NCBI GenBank assembly: GCA_002633005.1
Contig: NMRA01000859.1
Coordinates: 53,991-117,990, forward strand
Direction: 5' to 3'
Source of the DNA: Phoronis australis
Lineage: Eukaryota > Animalia > Phoronida
Length of the DNA stretch: 64,000 bases
Shown piece by piece: positions 1 through 14,000 of this stretch. The notes beneath the pieces were generated by a model. That model was given only the letters and a program-made list of their open reading frames with translations. It was not told the DNA's origin and did not search any database. Each line of letters starts with the position of its first letter. The first letter of the stretch is position 1. The translations under genes and the position numbers were made by a program.

Positions 1-110
1 CTCAGGATCTCCTGTCTTAACTATTTCATGACCTGGATATCCCGACTTAATTATCTCGGGATCTCGATATACCAACTTAATTATCCCGAGATTTCGGGAT
101 CTCGATTATA
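1..110. repeat. ~33-bp degenerate repeat at the window start
   Basis: acttaattatc(t/c)cg(g/a)gat units. Confidence 0.6.
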
Positions 111-1526
111 TCAACACAATCTATTTTCAAATGCCCACCGGTCTCAACTAATAAATTGTGGTTTTCACGGCGAATGCTCGAGATAATTTGGATAAAAACA
201 CGTGGGAAACCAAATTGAATACTTGTGGTCAGGGGCGTCGAGAGGGGTGGACAGGGGGACCCACGACTCTGGGTTCCGTCGGTGAAGAAAAAAATAATGA
301 AAACGACGCATCAAAAAAAGTTCCAGATGTTTGGCCCCCCGGTCAGCCCCAGTTGGACACGAATGATAACCTACGGAAACCCACGAGTGGCCCCTAGAAT
401 TTGACGGGAACAGTTTAAAAAATGCTCCGCCTGTTTGTGACTGTTGACAGCGGACAAAGCAAGAAACCACAAAGATCACGTAACCTTTTATATTGTACAT
501 CTGCGTATAATATGGGCTGCAGGCAAGTTGTACAAGAAAATAAATGTGATAAAGCCGGTACACTAATATTTCAGCGGCAACCTTGCCGAAAAATAGGTGA
601 ATATCATCCGATCAAAACTGTAATATTAAAGCTGGCGGGGCCTAGTTATACTGTACAATACTCCCAGAACAATTTTACGCAGGTGAGCCTTTTCAATCGT
701 AATCCTTAAAATCTCAAACTTTTGAGTCATGACCAGATTGTGATGAGCCCTTTATCAAATAATCCAAATGGCAGTTGCACTCAGTGGAAAGTTTCAACAT
801 TTTATGTGACAATATACTGATATGCACATGCGATCCTATCTGGTGTATGGTCTCAACGAAGAAAATTAAGTGCCAAAACCGAGATTTTTCAACTTAAACA
901 TGTGCATAGCAACAAAACACCATTGCAACACTACGAACTTCCATCACTCAACAGTCCAGAGAACATGATCTGAGGAAAGGGCAGATTTATCACGCCGGCT
1001 ACAACAGATTTACAGGAATGATTTTAAAGTTACTCTATCTGCTTAGAGGAAATTCCAGCACTTAACCTACTAATTTGGACTGAAAAATAAAATACGGCTA
1101 GGACTCTTACTGTTACAAAATCGGTCTCACGTGATACGCTTGTTTTCTGTTACCACGAATATTCCAATTTGGATGAAGAGATGAAGTTATTGAGGGCTTA
1201 GCTGTCGCAAAAAGAACTTCTAGAGGACATATGCTTGCTCAAATATCATTCGTTTTCAGTACTAAGCGTTTGGCATCTTCGGCGCTTAACTGTTGCCAGT
1301 CAAGACTAGTAGGGCTCACACGCCGGCTAACAATTATTCAGACATTGATGATGTGATTGGTTTCACAGACCAACAAATATCAATGCCACGACACCTCATA
1401 GATTCATGCCGACCAAAAATGTGTGGTGAAACTCCCGGAGAAACTGTGCGAATCATTCTTTCTGCTGTCGATCCAGATGATGTGGCAATGCGACGCCCCA
1501 GAAAATTGCGGTAGGCAGTGATCCAT

Positions 1527-1801
1527 GCTCGCACCCAGGGGGGCTCGGGGGCTCGAAGGAGTCGACCCCCAATTTGGCGAAGTGTGCGAAAAGGTCCGCC
1601 CCGAGACAAAAAGACCGTGAAAATGAAACAAAAAAACCACTAAATAAACGCAAAGGCGCACTTCACAGTGGAGCTCCTGTTTTTTTTTTTTTGTTTTTTT
1701 GTTCGTTTTAGTTCGCCCGCTCTTTTGTTAGCAAAATGTCCACCGAACGTCAGGACTGCACTCTGAGCCCCCCATATATTGAAGGCTGCATTGGTGCGAG
1801 C
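1527..1801. mobile_element. Probable MITE upstream of the GBP-like gene
   Basis: gctcgcacc ... ggtgcgagc inverted ends with A/T tracts inside; no clear TSD. Confidence 0.45.
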
Positions 1802-2088
1802 CGCATCATGAGAGCTCGCTGGTTTCCTGCGTGCCGCAAGGTGGCAGCTGGCTAGGCACGTAGAGCCAGCGAGCACGCAGAGGAAAATTATCTCAAGATG
1901 CCTAGATAATTAAAAAAGAAACGCGCGATGTCATTTTTGGCCGTCACCCGATCACCGTAAAGGTTGGCATTAGTTCCAATGTCAAAGTTGTGTTCTCTAC
2001 TCCCCTAGCGGTCACAGACGGAACCAGCTAGGAGTTGTGTGCGCAGGCGAGCACTTCGACCATTTATTGGTTTAGAAAATTTAAAGGT

Positions 2089-2098
2089 AAAATGGCGG
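2089..2098 (+). promoter_or_regulatory. YY1-like motif overlapping the start codon of the GBP-like gene
   Basis: AAAATGGCGG in a CpG-enriched stretch (about 1790-2170); supports 2092 as the start region. Confidence 0.4.
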
Positions 2099-5000
2099 TA
2101 AATGTGAAGTTTCTTGTTATGTTTACTTGTTCGCAAGCGATTTGCTGGGCTTTGCCGTCTGCCGATAGCGCAGAAAACACAGGTATTCAGTATTTAGACA
2201 AACTGATTTCTAAATTACTCGTCTCTAGTATGATTTTTGCTTGTAAGTTATGATGCCTGCTCAACGATGTTCAGCACTGATACAACTTTACAACAGTGTT
2301 AAGTCTATGTTGGTGCACAGGCGTCCTCAGCTTCTTTCTGATCGTCCCCAATACACTATTGGGGACGATCAGAAAGAAGCTGAGGACGCCTGTGTGTTGG
2401 TGGAGGTAGAGATGGAGTTCAGTAGCCGTGGGCGGTGCAGCTCTGAACAAAGTGGGTGCGACTGTAGCCCCCCCCTTCCAGCCCCCCTGTGGCGCACTGC
2501 CCATAGACCATGGGCGGCACACTCATTGAAAAAAGTCGGGGGGGGGGGGGGGGGGGGTNNNNNNNNNNNNNNNNNNNNNNNNNNNNNNNNNNNNNNNNNN
2601 NNNNNNNNNNNNGGGGGGGGGGGGGGCTTGATAACTCCCCAGCCCCCTGGCGCCCATGGTAACGCTAGGACTAAATTGGTCTTTGCACCAAAATCTAGCA
2701 TAAAATAACACGTTCTCATTTAAATTACATATGGCAATATCTCTCCTGATCTTGTGAAATCTTAATTTATTGAGGTTCTGCGTTATTTTAATTGTTATAT
2801 CACTTATACGTTAGGCAACACGTAACCTCTCGGTTGCTGTGGGGCTACATGTTTCCCATTACTTTCTATGTGAATTTCATTCTGTGTATTTTAAACGGGC
2901 AGGATATAGTATCCCCGAATAAGAGGTTTTCAAAAACACCTTTTATTTAAAATTGGTCACTTAAAAATGCGCTCAGCGACCCAACTTTCTGGTTATGCAC
3001 ATGTCATTGATGGAGCTTAAGATGACTCAGGTAAAGATATCGAATTCCAACTACATTCTTCTAGTTGCTGTTGTCTTTAATTTTCACCGAGTTCGATAAC
3101 CACGGAGAATTTCAATTTATGTTTTGTTAGATTCACCCATGATGTCCCGAATGCAAAATTTCACAGCACAAAGGAATCTGCCTCAGTCTTCCCTGCGCAC
3201 TGCCAGGCTGAATTAAAATTCATGTAGTTGACTACCTTATCCCTGCTAGCCTCCACTAAATGGACACAAACACTGAGTACTTTATGCTGGCATATATCAG
3301 TTCAGCGCCTCATGAGCAGTCATTCAGAATAGTAAGTCTACCTCATGAGTTGTGAACCTTCGGAGTATAGTGACATGTACATTTCATCAGTTTCAGGTCA
3401 AGGTAACAGTACATGGAACCCTGCCTGGTCGTTGACATTTCCCGACAGACCACTGCAGTTAGTGAGACCAGATTATCAACACAAGATTCTGGTTCTAGAT
3501 GAAGAGAACATTAAGGTTATGTGATGTGACACCAGTACACTCTTACAATTTACCCATGATGCCCCACTCGCATTATTTCCCTGAGAGCAGACGTCAGCCT
3601 TGTTGACTGGAAAACATTGATGTGATGATCTCGTTGAGGTTTTAATATATCGCTAATAATATGACCATGTGTTTAGGGAAAGAGCAGTGTTTACTACTAA
3701 CAAAAATATTTGCGTCGTGTTTGGAATTTTTGTTGTGGAGAACACTGAATATCGGAAATTATTTTTTTATTTGTTTTTGTGTGTATCACCACATTTTTAT
3801 CGAAATTAAAGCTTTCTGATAATTTTAGAAGTCTTACACTTTTCATTTGTAAAATACTAATTCTTTGCATGAAGGTTACAAACTATGGTTATGGTGTAAA
3901 TGGATTGGTAGTACATTCTTGTCGCTCTCTGCTGGCTCACATCAAGTGTTCTGCCTTCTGGGACATTTTGCTTTAACAGTGTGTGAAATAGCCATACATA
4001 ACCTTAACTTAAAAAGATACCAAACCTGGTTTTGGCCAATTAACTCCCTAATTAAAATGACTTTCCCGTCCGATTTTCTGAAACAATATAATTAATGCTC
4101 TGTAACCCTCAAAAACCCTGAAAAGTTTGAAGGGAAGTTTGAAAACCGCTCTCATAGTCTACTAAACGGGCAAGCGTGGCCTACACTTTTAGCGAATTAC
4201 GCGACCACTGTGGGGAAAGACCACCCACCAAGAACCATAATATTCAATCTGTGACATGGGGAATACGAGTTGTTAGTTAATTTCTGCCTTTATCTTTCAA
4301 GATTGACACCAACGATGCGTTTGCAGGTGACAAAACGTCTATTAGATGAAATCAAAGTTTAGTAGTCTTTTGAAGCTGACCAATTTCTGGAAGAAGACGT
4401 GAAATTCACAAGTTTCAGTTTTATTGAAATTGTAAAATCAATGCAGGATCTGTCAGAAGGCATACTCAGAACTCTTGTTGAAACATCACACAATTTTGTT
4501 ATCTTGACAGCGTTGTACAGCGTATGTATATCTTGGTATATTTCTTACCCTCGTTGATTGGTGTGAGGTGCACACATTTTGTGGCAGAACTTGACGCCTG
4601 TAAACTTGCCGGCTGAATGTGTTTTGAGTATAGTATCAACGTCTTTCTGTACTTGATTAACTAACACATTTACTGCATGACTTGTTATTTGTTCACTGCA
4701 GCAATATATTTTCATGTACTCCAGATTCTTCACCATATGAGGGGTGCCGTGGCAACTGTTGCTGTGGTGGGCAAGTTCCACAGTGGCAAATCTTTCCTGC
4801 TAAATCAGCTGATGGGTAAGGTGAATGGGTTTGGCATTGGTCCCTATGTGAAGCCACAGACCATGGGCATTTGGATGTGGGGCAAGGTAGGCTGGTCACT
4901 TCTCCCCCACTTTTTCTGAGTATTGATTAAATAGGATCAGATGACAAAATGATAAAAACAATTGATTAAACCGGCTTGACATGTTTTGCCACGTGAGTAG

Positions 5001-8000
5001 AATAATGTTAATCTTTCCGTTATATATCATTGTGATTAATAGCTGTTTTCACCGTCACCGTCTTCATCTCGTTCATTATAGTTGCATGACAACCTTCATT
5101 CACTTTTTCCTGTGTCCTGTTTATAATTATTTGAAACATTTCCCATGATTCCTGTTCCAGCCTCTTGTGATGAAAATGGACAGTGGTGATGACATGTCTG
5201 TAATCTTCCTAGACACAGAGGGGTTTGCGGCCACCAATGTTTCAGAGAACTATGACGCCAAGATCTTTGCTGTAGCCACTTTACTTAGCTCATACCTTAT
5301 TTATAACTCAGTGAAAATCATCGACCAATCGGATATCGACTATTTGGAGGCACTCGCTCGTCGCACTCAAGTAATTATTGCTTGTAAATTTGTATTTAGT
5401 AATAAATTGACTTGCACGAAGATGTAATTCTGTGGTATTGTATTCACAGGCGACACCATCTTGTATTGTGTCAGTAATTTTTTTAACATTAGGTAACACT
5501 TTACTTTGTTTTGTCCTTATTTTGTATAACAATAGACGACAGTGTGCTGTGTTGTGTTGGTAATGTGTAAAACAATAGATGCACTGTCCTGTGTGATTTT
5601 TGACAGGCAAGCGCTCAAGCTAAAGAGTCCCAGACATGCTTTTGTAGACATTAAAAAACTTACTAATTTTTTTTGCAAGTTTTGCATAAAAAATCATGTC
5701 ATGGAAAATATGGAAATCTCCAAGAAAAAAATCACAATTTTCGAGAAGAAACACAGTGAATGTTATTACAAACATCTGGTCATTGTTTTCAGGTGCATAA
5801 TAAGATTCAGTGATCATCATGATAATGAATTTGGTCATTGGTAAAATTGACCCCAACTGAGCCTAGTTTAGGCTGTGTCAACTAATGTCTCTGATATTGT
5901 TTCACTAGTGTTTTCTTCATTTCAGCTGTTTGCCCTGAGGTCTCAGATGTCAAAGGCCAAGTGGACTCATGACTTTAACCATGATCTTTTGAGCTTTCCA
6001 CCACTACTATGGGTAAGAGTTAACCATGGTTAATGGATGTGTGAGATAAAGTCTGGGGCTTGTTTTACTACAATGTTGTAACTAACTGTTACAGAGGGTA
6101 AATGGAGCGCTAAATTTCTGTGGAGTCTCAATTTAGTCTTTTGAAAAAGCATCAAATGTTCAGAAAATTTTAGTGCAGTAGGCCCATTATCTGTTGAGTT
6201 TCCACAATTGTCTGTTGTAACTTGTTTGAATTTGTCTGAAAACAATTACCGTTTTTGGGGTTACACACTTAGTGAAAACCTCTGTGTAATATACCACATA
6301 CAGTGACATCTATTGAGTAAAGTTAGCAGCCCAGCAAAAGTGAAGTTAAGAGGCCTAGCAGAATTAAGTGAAGTTACTAGTTCAGCAGAATGGCATCTTG
6401 TGTGTGAGTCACATCCATTGAACAAAGGATATGACCAACTGAACGTGACGTGTGCTTAGTAATTACACTCATAACATGCAGGTCCTAGTGCTGAACTATT
6501 GAGTCACTGTTCTATTGGTTACAAGGGCCAGGAGAGCAGTCTGCTACTGTCAGTGGTGGCTGGTGCTGGAAAATGTGTTTCCAAAATAATCGCGTATAGT
6601 TAGTGAAAGTCACATTAAAAACAATTTTCTTTCCTCTTTAATAGCTTAACTCCTGTGTACTCCTTTGTTGGTATTTATAAACTTTATATTTATTTATAAC
6701 TGTTGCTGTAACCACCTTTGCAATCTACGCTAGTGGTGTTACAACCTTTGATTCACTACCTTCTAGGTTGTTCAAGACTTTGTCCAGATGACAGAAAATG
6801 GGGAGAGTCCACAACAGTGGTTACATCGGCTTATGACTACACATGCCAGAGAGAATGAAGACTACGAGATCAGTCTACTTGGTGCGGTGACAGTTTATCT
6901 ATCAATAATTTAGACAAGTCTGAACACATAAGTATGTTGGCATCTCTTTCACCTAGGTAATATTGTGCTCACTCTGCTCCACTAAAGTCACACACAAGAA
7001 GAACAGATCTCAAATACAAGAATATGTTGACAAGAGCTTATAATCTGCTAGGAGCCAGAATTCCAATACTGTCAATGATAGTCATGCAGACAGTGTCAAC
7101 TATTTTGTTCATGTACAAGGAGTCATTCTTCTGATACTATGATATCCAGTGTTAATGGTTTAATTACAACTTTACTCTGTACAGTGAGGAAACATAACAT
7201 TATAATTGACTATTCCCAAACACCGGATCATATCTTGTTCTTGGCTACACCACATAAGCTAGGTTAGTTTGAGTACCTGTTAAAAACACCCGGACTGGGT
7301 AACTTTCAATACCTGTTTGTAACACCTGTGCTTGGTTAGTGTTCATAAATCAACTATAGATGCAGCAGTGTGATATTATTGTTGTTATTCTGTGTGTAAA
7401 CATGCCAAGTGCTAGATATTGTTCTATATTACAGGTATATTCAAGTCTGTTGAGTGTCAAACGCTGTTCCTGCCTGCAGTCAAGAAGTCGCTGTTGAGTG
7501 ACTTGTCTCAGGCGACAGAGGCTGACCTGACAGAGGAGTACAGGCAGGAGAGAGATCAACTGATTGACATATTGAGGCGGAGCTTGAAACCAAAGGAGAA
7601 AAACGGTAGGATGATGTAACAGGCTTTGATAGTGTATTGAAGCTTGACGTATTTCGCTGACATAACCATGAAGGAAAATGTCGATTCATTTGTAAAAAAG
7701 GAACTTTTACATGGATGTTTTTATATATGTCATTTCAATTTAAACTTTCCGGAAGCTGTGTGCTTGTCTGTCTGGCGTATCTTTTTTTAAATTTCTTCTT
7801 TCAGACCAGCCAATCACAGGACCTGAAATAGCCACTCTCCTGGAAATATTGGTGAAAGCAGCCAATGAGGGCTCCCTCGCTGAGGTACCCGTAGTTATAG
7901 GTTGTTATGTCAGCTAGCAAAAGATCCACTGGTCGAGGTGCATTGAGGAGACTGGGGTTAGGTGTATGATCTCCCAGATGGTACCTCAAGTCGTGTGTTT

Positions 8001-11000
8001 ACATCACATCCTTACAAAATCAGAATTAATAAGTTTTTGTTTGTTAAAGTTTCCGCTTTAGTTGTGCTATTTTCTGTCATATTTCAAGCCCAGCTCTAAT
8101 ATGTCTATTTAACAAACTAGCATTTTTATTCTTTTAACTAGATTATTAATTACCCATAATGCTGCTTTGCATTCGTATTCCTGTGTCTCTGTATTGAAAG
8201 ATTCCAAGTCGATGGGACACTTTCATCGAGCGTCTTGAAGACGGTGCTACTGAAGACTGCCTGCTGTTTTATGAGGTCGAGATGAACACGTTGTTCAAAA
8301 AACACCAGGATCAGCCAGTGAATCCTTTAGAACTGGAAGTAGGTTTGGCATGTGTGTATTACATAAAATTATGTAGGTTTGAAGTTTGTACATTAGACGT
8401 GTGTTCCTTTGACATGCGAATATTTGACATGCGTACGTTTTACATGCTATTTACATGCCTACATTTTACAATTTGTATGTTGTTTGACGTGCAAATATTT
8501 GACATGTGAACGTTTGACATGCATACATTTGACATGCGTATATTTGACGTGTACAATTTTGTAGTGTGTATGTTTGATATGAATGTGTTTGACATGCGCA
8601 CAATTGACATGCAGATGTTTGATGTGGGTTCGTGCTTGTGTTCGTTTGACATATGTTTGGTGGCATGTGTTCACTTGACAGTGTGAATGCATGAATTTTT
8701 GACATTTGTGCTTTTGACACTGTACATTAGGCGTGCGTAGCATGATTTGATGAATTTTCTTGTAATAGTCATTATTTCTTAGAGTAGATATTTATATATT
8801 TTGCGCACTATATTCAATTTCATGACTTTAGGATTATCTGCATTATCAATATGATGGTTGGCATGTAAGCAGGCGTAGATCCAGCATCTTGACAAGACCA
8901 GACATACGAGCCCCTTAAAGGGATACCAAACCCAGTTTTAGCCTATTAACAGGTATTAAAAACATTTTCCCATCCAGTTCTCTGCAACAAAATAATGCTC
9001 TGTAACTTTCGACAATCCCAAAAAGTATGGAAGAAATTGTGAAGACTCCCTTCAAAGTCTGCTAAACGGGCAAGCGCTACCTACTATGCTTTTATCGAAT
9101 TACACGGCGGCTGTGGAGAACGACCACCAATGACCCACCAATATACTGCCCGATCTGTGACATAGAGGGAGTTGATTCCAGCCCTTAAGTTGGAAGATTG
9201 ACACCTATGATGCATTTTATTTAGCAGTTGACGTAACGAGGATTGGTTGAAATCATCAAAACAGGGTTTAGTGTCTTTTTAAGACTGCTCTGTTACTGGA
9301 GTGCAGACTGTAGCGTGTAGTCCGGCATGTAACTCTGTGTAACAATCTAAGTCTAGATTTGGTAAAATGTTTGGTTTTCCCAACAAAACATCCACTGACC
9401 ACTTTTAAAATGGTCTCATGTTTTTTCATAATCTATCGAGATTTTTGTTTTCATTATGTCGAAAACAAATAATTGGTATGTACATGTAGCATTTTTCTTT
9501 TTGGAATAGACATTGTCTCTTTTTGAGTGTGAATTTAGAAAGAACACTCGTAAAATTTTGCTGTCTTTTTGATGTACTTATAGGTTTAGCACATTATGAT
9601 TGATGAGTGTGTAATCTTGGGATTCTAATTCTCTGTTGATCAGGTTTCAGAGTGTTGCGGTACTTTGTTTGGTGTGCCTTATAAGCAAGCGACTCAACTT
9701 TCAATTTTCACGGAAAACACTTTTTGATGTAACTTTTTTACTTACATTCATTTGGTACTTTTTAAAAGCACAACTGGTTGAATGAATAAATTTTCATCCC
9801 AATGGTTGTCTCCCCTGTTTATGTTGCAGCAGTGGCACCAGATGTCCTTTAACCAGTCACTGACTCTGCTTCAGCAGCTTCTGTTTGGGTAGTATAGTTC
9901 TGACATCTGTTAACAATTTTGTTTACTAACATCTCTTACCGTAGTGTTGTCATGTGTCTTCTGTTTTGAAAATTTAACAAAGAACTTCGTGCAAATTGCA
10001 TTTTGCTGTATCTTTGTCAGAGCTTAAAGCTAGGATTTGAGGCTGGGGATTTGGGGGGCCTTTTTCGGAAATGTTCATTTAGTAGAAGTGATTTTGCGAG
10101 CACAAAAAATCTCACAGAGTGCTCTTAATCAGAAAAAGTGGTGGGGCTTTTTTGGAAACTTAATATAGCTTTGTGCTTTGCAAGTGCTAAGAGAGTGTCT
10201 CGGCATGAAATTTGAAAATTCTGATGGTAATTTGTTATTACATAGTTCTTAATTTTTGCTGACTAGATGATAGAATAAAAACTACTGTTTTGAAACATTG
10301 GTCATGTACTTGAAATGGCACCCCAATTTCACGTTTTTCAAGGGTTCAAACGGGACACTCTGGTGACGCCTCAGATCAACTATTTTAACAGTCTTTTAAG
10401 GACCCAGATAATGACATCATTGTTTATTTTTCAATGACATTTGTTTCATGCCAGGCATGCAAAACAACACCAAAAACCCCATGGGGGCTTTTTTGATCCT
10501 TTTTCCAAAAGAACCCCCATGGGGGCTGTTTAATGGTGGCAGCTCTTTCGGAAATCCCAGATCCCAGGTAACCATGCATGAACATCTTTCACTATGTCTT
10601 GGAATGCGAATGTGAATTGAGTGTGTTTGTTTTTTTTTTCTTGTAACTTTCCGTAAAAAAGGCATTGCTGCATTCTGTACATCAAATTTTTAATTTCAAG
10701 ATCCGTCTTTCCCATCACAAGGTCCATCCTTCCCATCACAAGGTTCGTCCTTACCATCATAAGCTTCGTCCTTCCCATCACAAGGTCCGTCCTTCCCATC
10801 ATAAGGTCCGTCCTTCCCATCTTAAGGTCCATCTTTCCCATCACAAGGTTTATCCTTCCTAGCACAAGATCCATCCTTCCTATCACAGGGTCCATCCTTC
10901 CCATCGCAAGGTCTGCCCTTCCCATCACAAGGTCCGTCCTTCCCATCACAAGGTCCGTCCTTCCCATCACGAGGTCCATCCTTCCCATCACAAGGTCCAT

Positions 11001-14000
11001 CCTTCCCATCACAAGGTCCATCCTTCCCATCATAAGGTCCGTCCTTCCCATCTGAAGGTCCATCTTTCCCATCACAAGATTTATCCTTCCTATCACAAGG
11101 TCTGTCCTTCCATCACAAGGTACATCCTTCCCATCACCATGTCTGCCCTTTCTGTAACAAGGTCCAGATTCTCCATGAGCAGTCTGAGTTTTATATTCAT
11201 TTGGATGATACATTAATTACTTTCTTAGTACAGCCATCACATTAACCTATCACTCTGAGTGTTCTCTGCTGACTGTCCTGTTGTATTCTTCATATCACCC
11301 AGTATTGCATTTTTTGTTCTGTTTTAAGTAGTAAAGCTACTATGTGCTGACTTTCTAACTTAGATTGAACCTGAGGTCTTCACTGATACCAAACACTGAC
11401 TGCTGAGTTCCACTTACAGCTTGAAAGACACTGTGAAGGAAGCCTCCAAACTACTGCGTAAGGGCATCATGGAAAAGTACACACGCACCAGGGAACTGAA
11501 TGTGAAGAAGATAAAATTGAAGTGTTCAGAGATGCAGCACCAGCTGGAGGTGTGTCATCGCTGCATATCCTGTGATCATGTGTTAGTTGTTCATACATGA
11601 GTTGTGTCATCACAGCGTGTCATGTCATCACTGCGTGTCATGTCATCACATGTTAGTTGTTTGTGTATGAGATGTGCCATCACTGCATGTCATGTGGTCA
11701 TGCGGTAGTTGTTCATGCATACATGTAAGTTGTGTTGGCTGCATGTCATGTGATCGCGTGTTAGTTGTTTGTATATGAGGTGTGCCATCACCGCATGTCC
11801 TTTGATCATGTGTTAGTTGTTCATACATACAGGTTTGTCATCACTACACATCACACGGTCATGTGATAGTTGTTGGAAGTGTGTGGTCACTACATGTCAT
11901 GATGAGGTCACCTGTTGGGTGTTCACCGAGTGTTGACAGCCAGTTGTTTAACGGTCAAACTTGAACCTGAAGTGGCTAAAGCTAATATTCTTAATAGAAG
12001 GAAATTGAAGTTTATTGAAAGGACTCTAGATACTTAGTACAACTCAACTGAGACAGCATAGTTTACTGGATGGAGATATTGAGGTTTTTGTAAAGTCATT
12101 TTTGCTAGCAGTCAGTTGTCCACCTTAGTCAGTTTATGTTAATGTTTTATTTCAATTTTGATATTTCATTCAGTTGAGTGCCGAGGAACACCTGTTGTCA
12201 GTGAACTTGCCAGTGGCCAGCTCAGAGTTGAAGCAGATCATCGCGGCATTCATATCATCGGCTAATGAGAAGTATGCAAGCCAGGTCAGGGGGTTATTGA
12301 ACATCACAGAATATGAAGTGTATAGCAGTAGATTGCAGGTGAGTGGATGGAGAGAGGAACAGATGATCACAGCATTGGTGTCACGAGCCAATGAACAACA
12401 TATGCAGGCCTCATTGAGGATGTATGAAGTGTAGAGTACTAGAATGTAAGTGTAGAACACTATGGTGGTTAGTGGAGAGTGTTTAGATGTTCTCTGTCAT
12501 GTTTCTGAAAGCAGAAAATGGAGAAGACTAAACTGGGGTGGTTTTGAAATGGTCACAAAGGTGTGTCACTATAATGTTCTTGTGGTTGTTTGAATAATGA
12601 TACAGTGCCTTGACAATACATTCCGTTATTTTGAAAAGTTACAATGGTATGCATCAGGAGACATGTAACTAGTGAAAACTTTGATGATGTGACTGATAGA
12701 TTGGTAGGGTTGTCGTTCCTGCTAGGCACGTGTCCACTAGCCTTAGATTAGCTGACTGTTGGAAATATATCTGATGGTGATAACAGAATGTTTCCCCTAT
12801 CTCATTGAGCAATCATTGTTCTTGCAGAGCAGCATCACAAATATTGGAGAGACATTCCTACTGAAGAATAAACAATCTCTAGAGAAGATGCTGGATGAAG
12901 CTGTCACCGAGGCTGTAGGTAGGCTGATAACTGTTATACAGACTGTTGATTGGCTGACCTCTTCATACAAATTGTTGGTAGGCTGGCCCCTGTCATACAC
13001 ACTGTCAGTAGACTAACCTATGCATGAACGCATAATCATCAAGATGATAGCAGATCACCTATTTTCAAATGCATCAAACTGTTGCTGTGCCTTCTGCACT
13101 TCGTAGTGTCATGTGGCCATATGTTTTCAAATTGGGCTTTTCAAGGATTGTGTGAATGAAGAACCTTAACTTTCTGGATGATATCTAAAGTACCAATGAC
13201 AAATTTCACTGAAAGTTGCCACAGATGTAAAATAATGAGATTGTGCCAGCATCATAAGATTTTGTGGCAAATCCGATAACTGCAGTGCCTCCTAGTGGCC
13301 ATTTTTGTTTCAATTAAAATTGAGACAGAAGTATGTGATGGCAATGGGGCATCTCCATTAAGTTTTCGAGCGTATTTGACCACTGCAGCACCTCTCAGTG
13401 GCTATTTAGTTTTGGAAATGAGGCTTTTTAAGTGTTTTTGGGGAAGAGCATTTCAGTCTGGATTATGTCTAGTGAACTGATTGATGGATTTCAATGAAAC
13501 TTGACTCACAGTCGTGGTGACAACGTGCCAACCCCATTTGATTTTTGGGCTGATTCCGGTACTGCAGCGCCTCCTTGTGGCCCTTAGAAACATGTCGTAA
13601 TGAGATGCACCATGGCTGTATGTCAGTGCTCTAGCATTCCTCATAGAATGGAACTCTCTGCAAAGTTTCAGAGCTATACTCCACAGAAGGGGTTTCAGTT
13701 TACTTGTATGGGCTGCTGCCTTTAGGGGAAATGTTTGAAATAAAGGACACCTCTAAAATCTATGACTGTTGGTCATGCACACGGTGGGTCATCACGTCAA
13801 CACTCTGGGTATGATGCACACAGTGAGTGCATGTTGACACTCAGTGCTGTATGTGATGTACATCATGACTGTAGTGTGGCTGGAAATGATGTTTTGCAGG
13901 CCTTATACTCACCAAAGTGAAAACACACGGTGTGCGCCCTCTGACGCCAGTTTCTCTGGAGCATGAACTGAAATCAATCTGGGAGGAAGCAAGTCTGTTG

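Noticed and set aside
158-1876. Cluster of short overlapping ORFs at the window start
   Set aside because: No recognisable domain or consistent splice pattern; likely intergenic or repeat-derived.
2250-2719. Gly/Pro-rich ORFs on both strands
   Set aside because: Artefact of a poly-G run and an N gap inside small MITEs.
8440-8743. His/Cys/Met-rich ORFs
   Set aside because: Translations of the tttgacatg minisatellite.
10530-11213. 227-aa minus-strand ORF with MGRMDLV heptad-like repeats
   Set aside because: By-product of a stop-free 21-bp minisatellite inside a GBP intron; no splice or promoter context.
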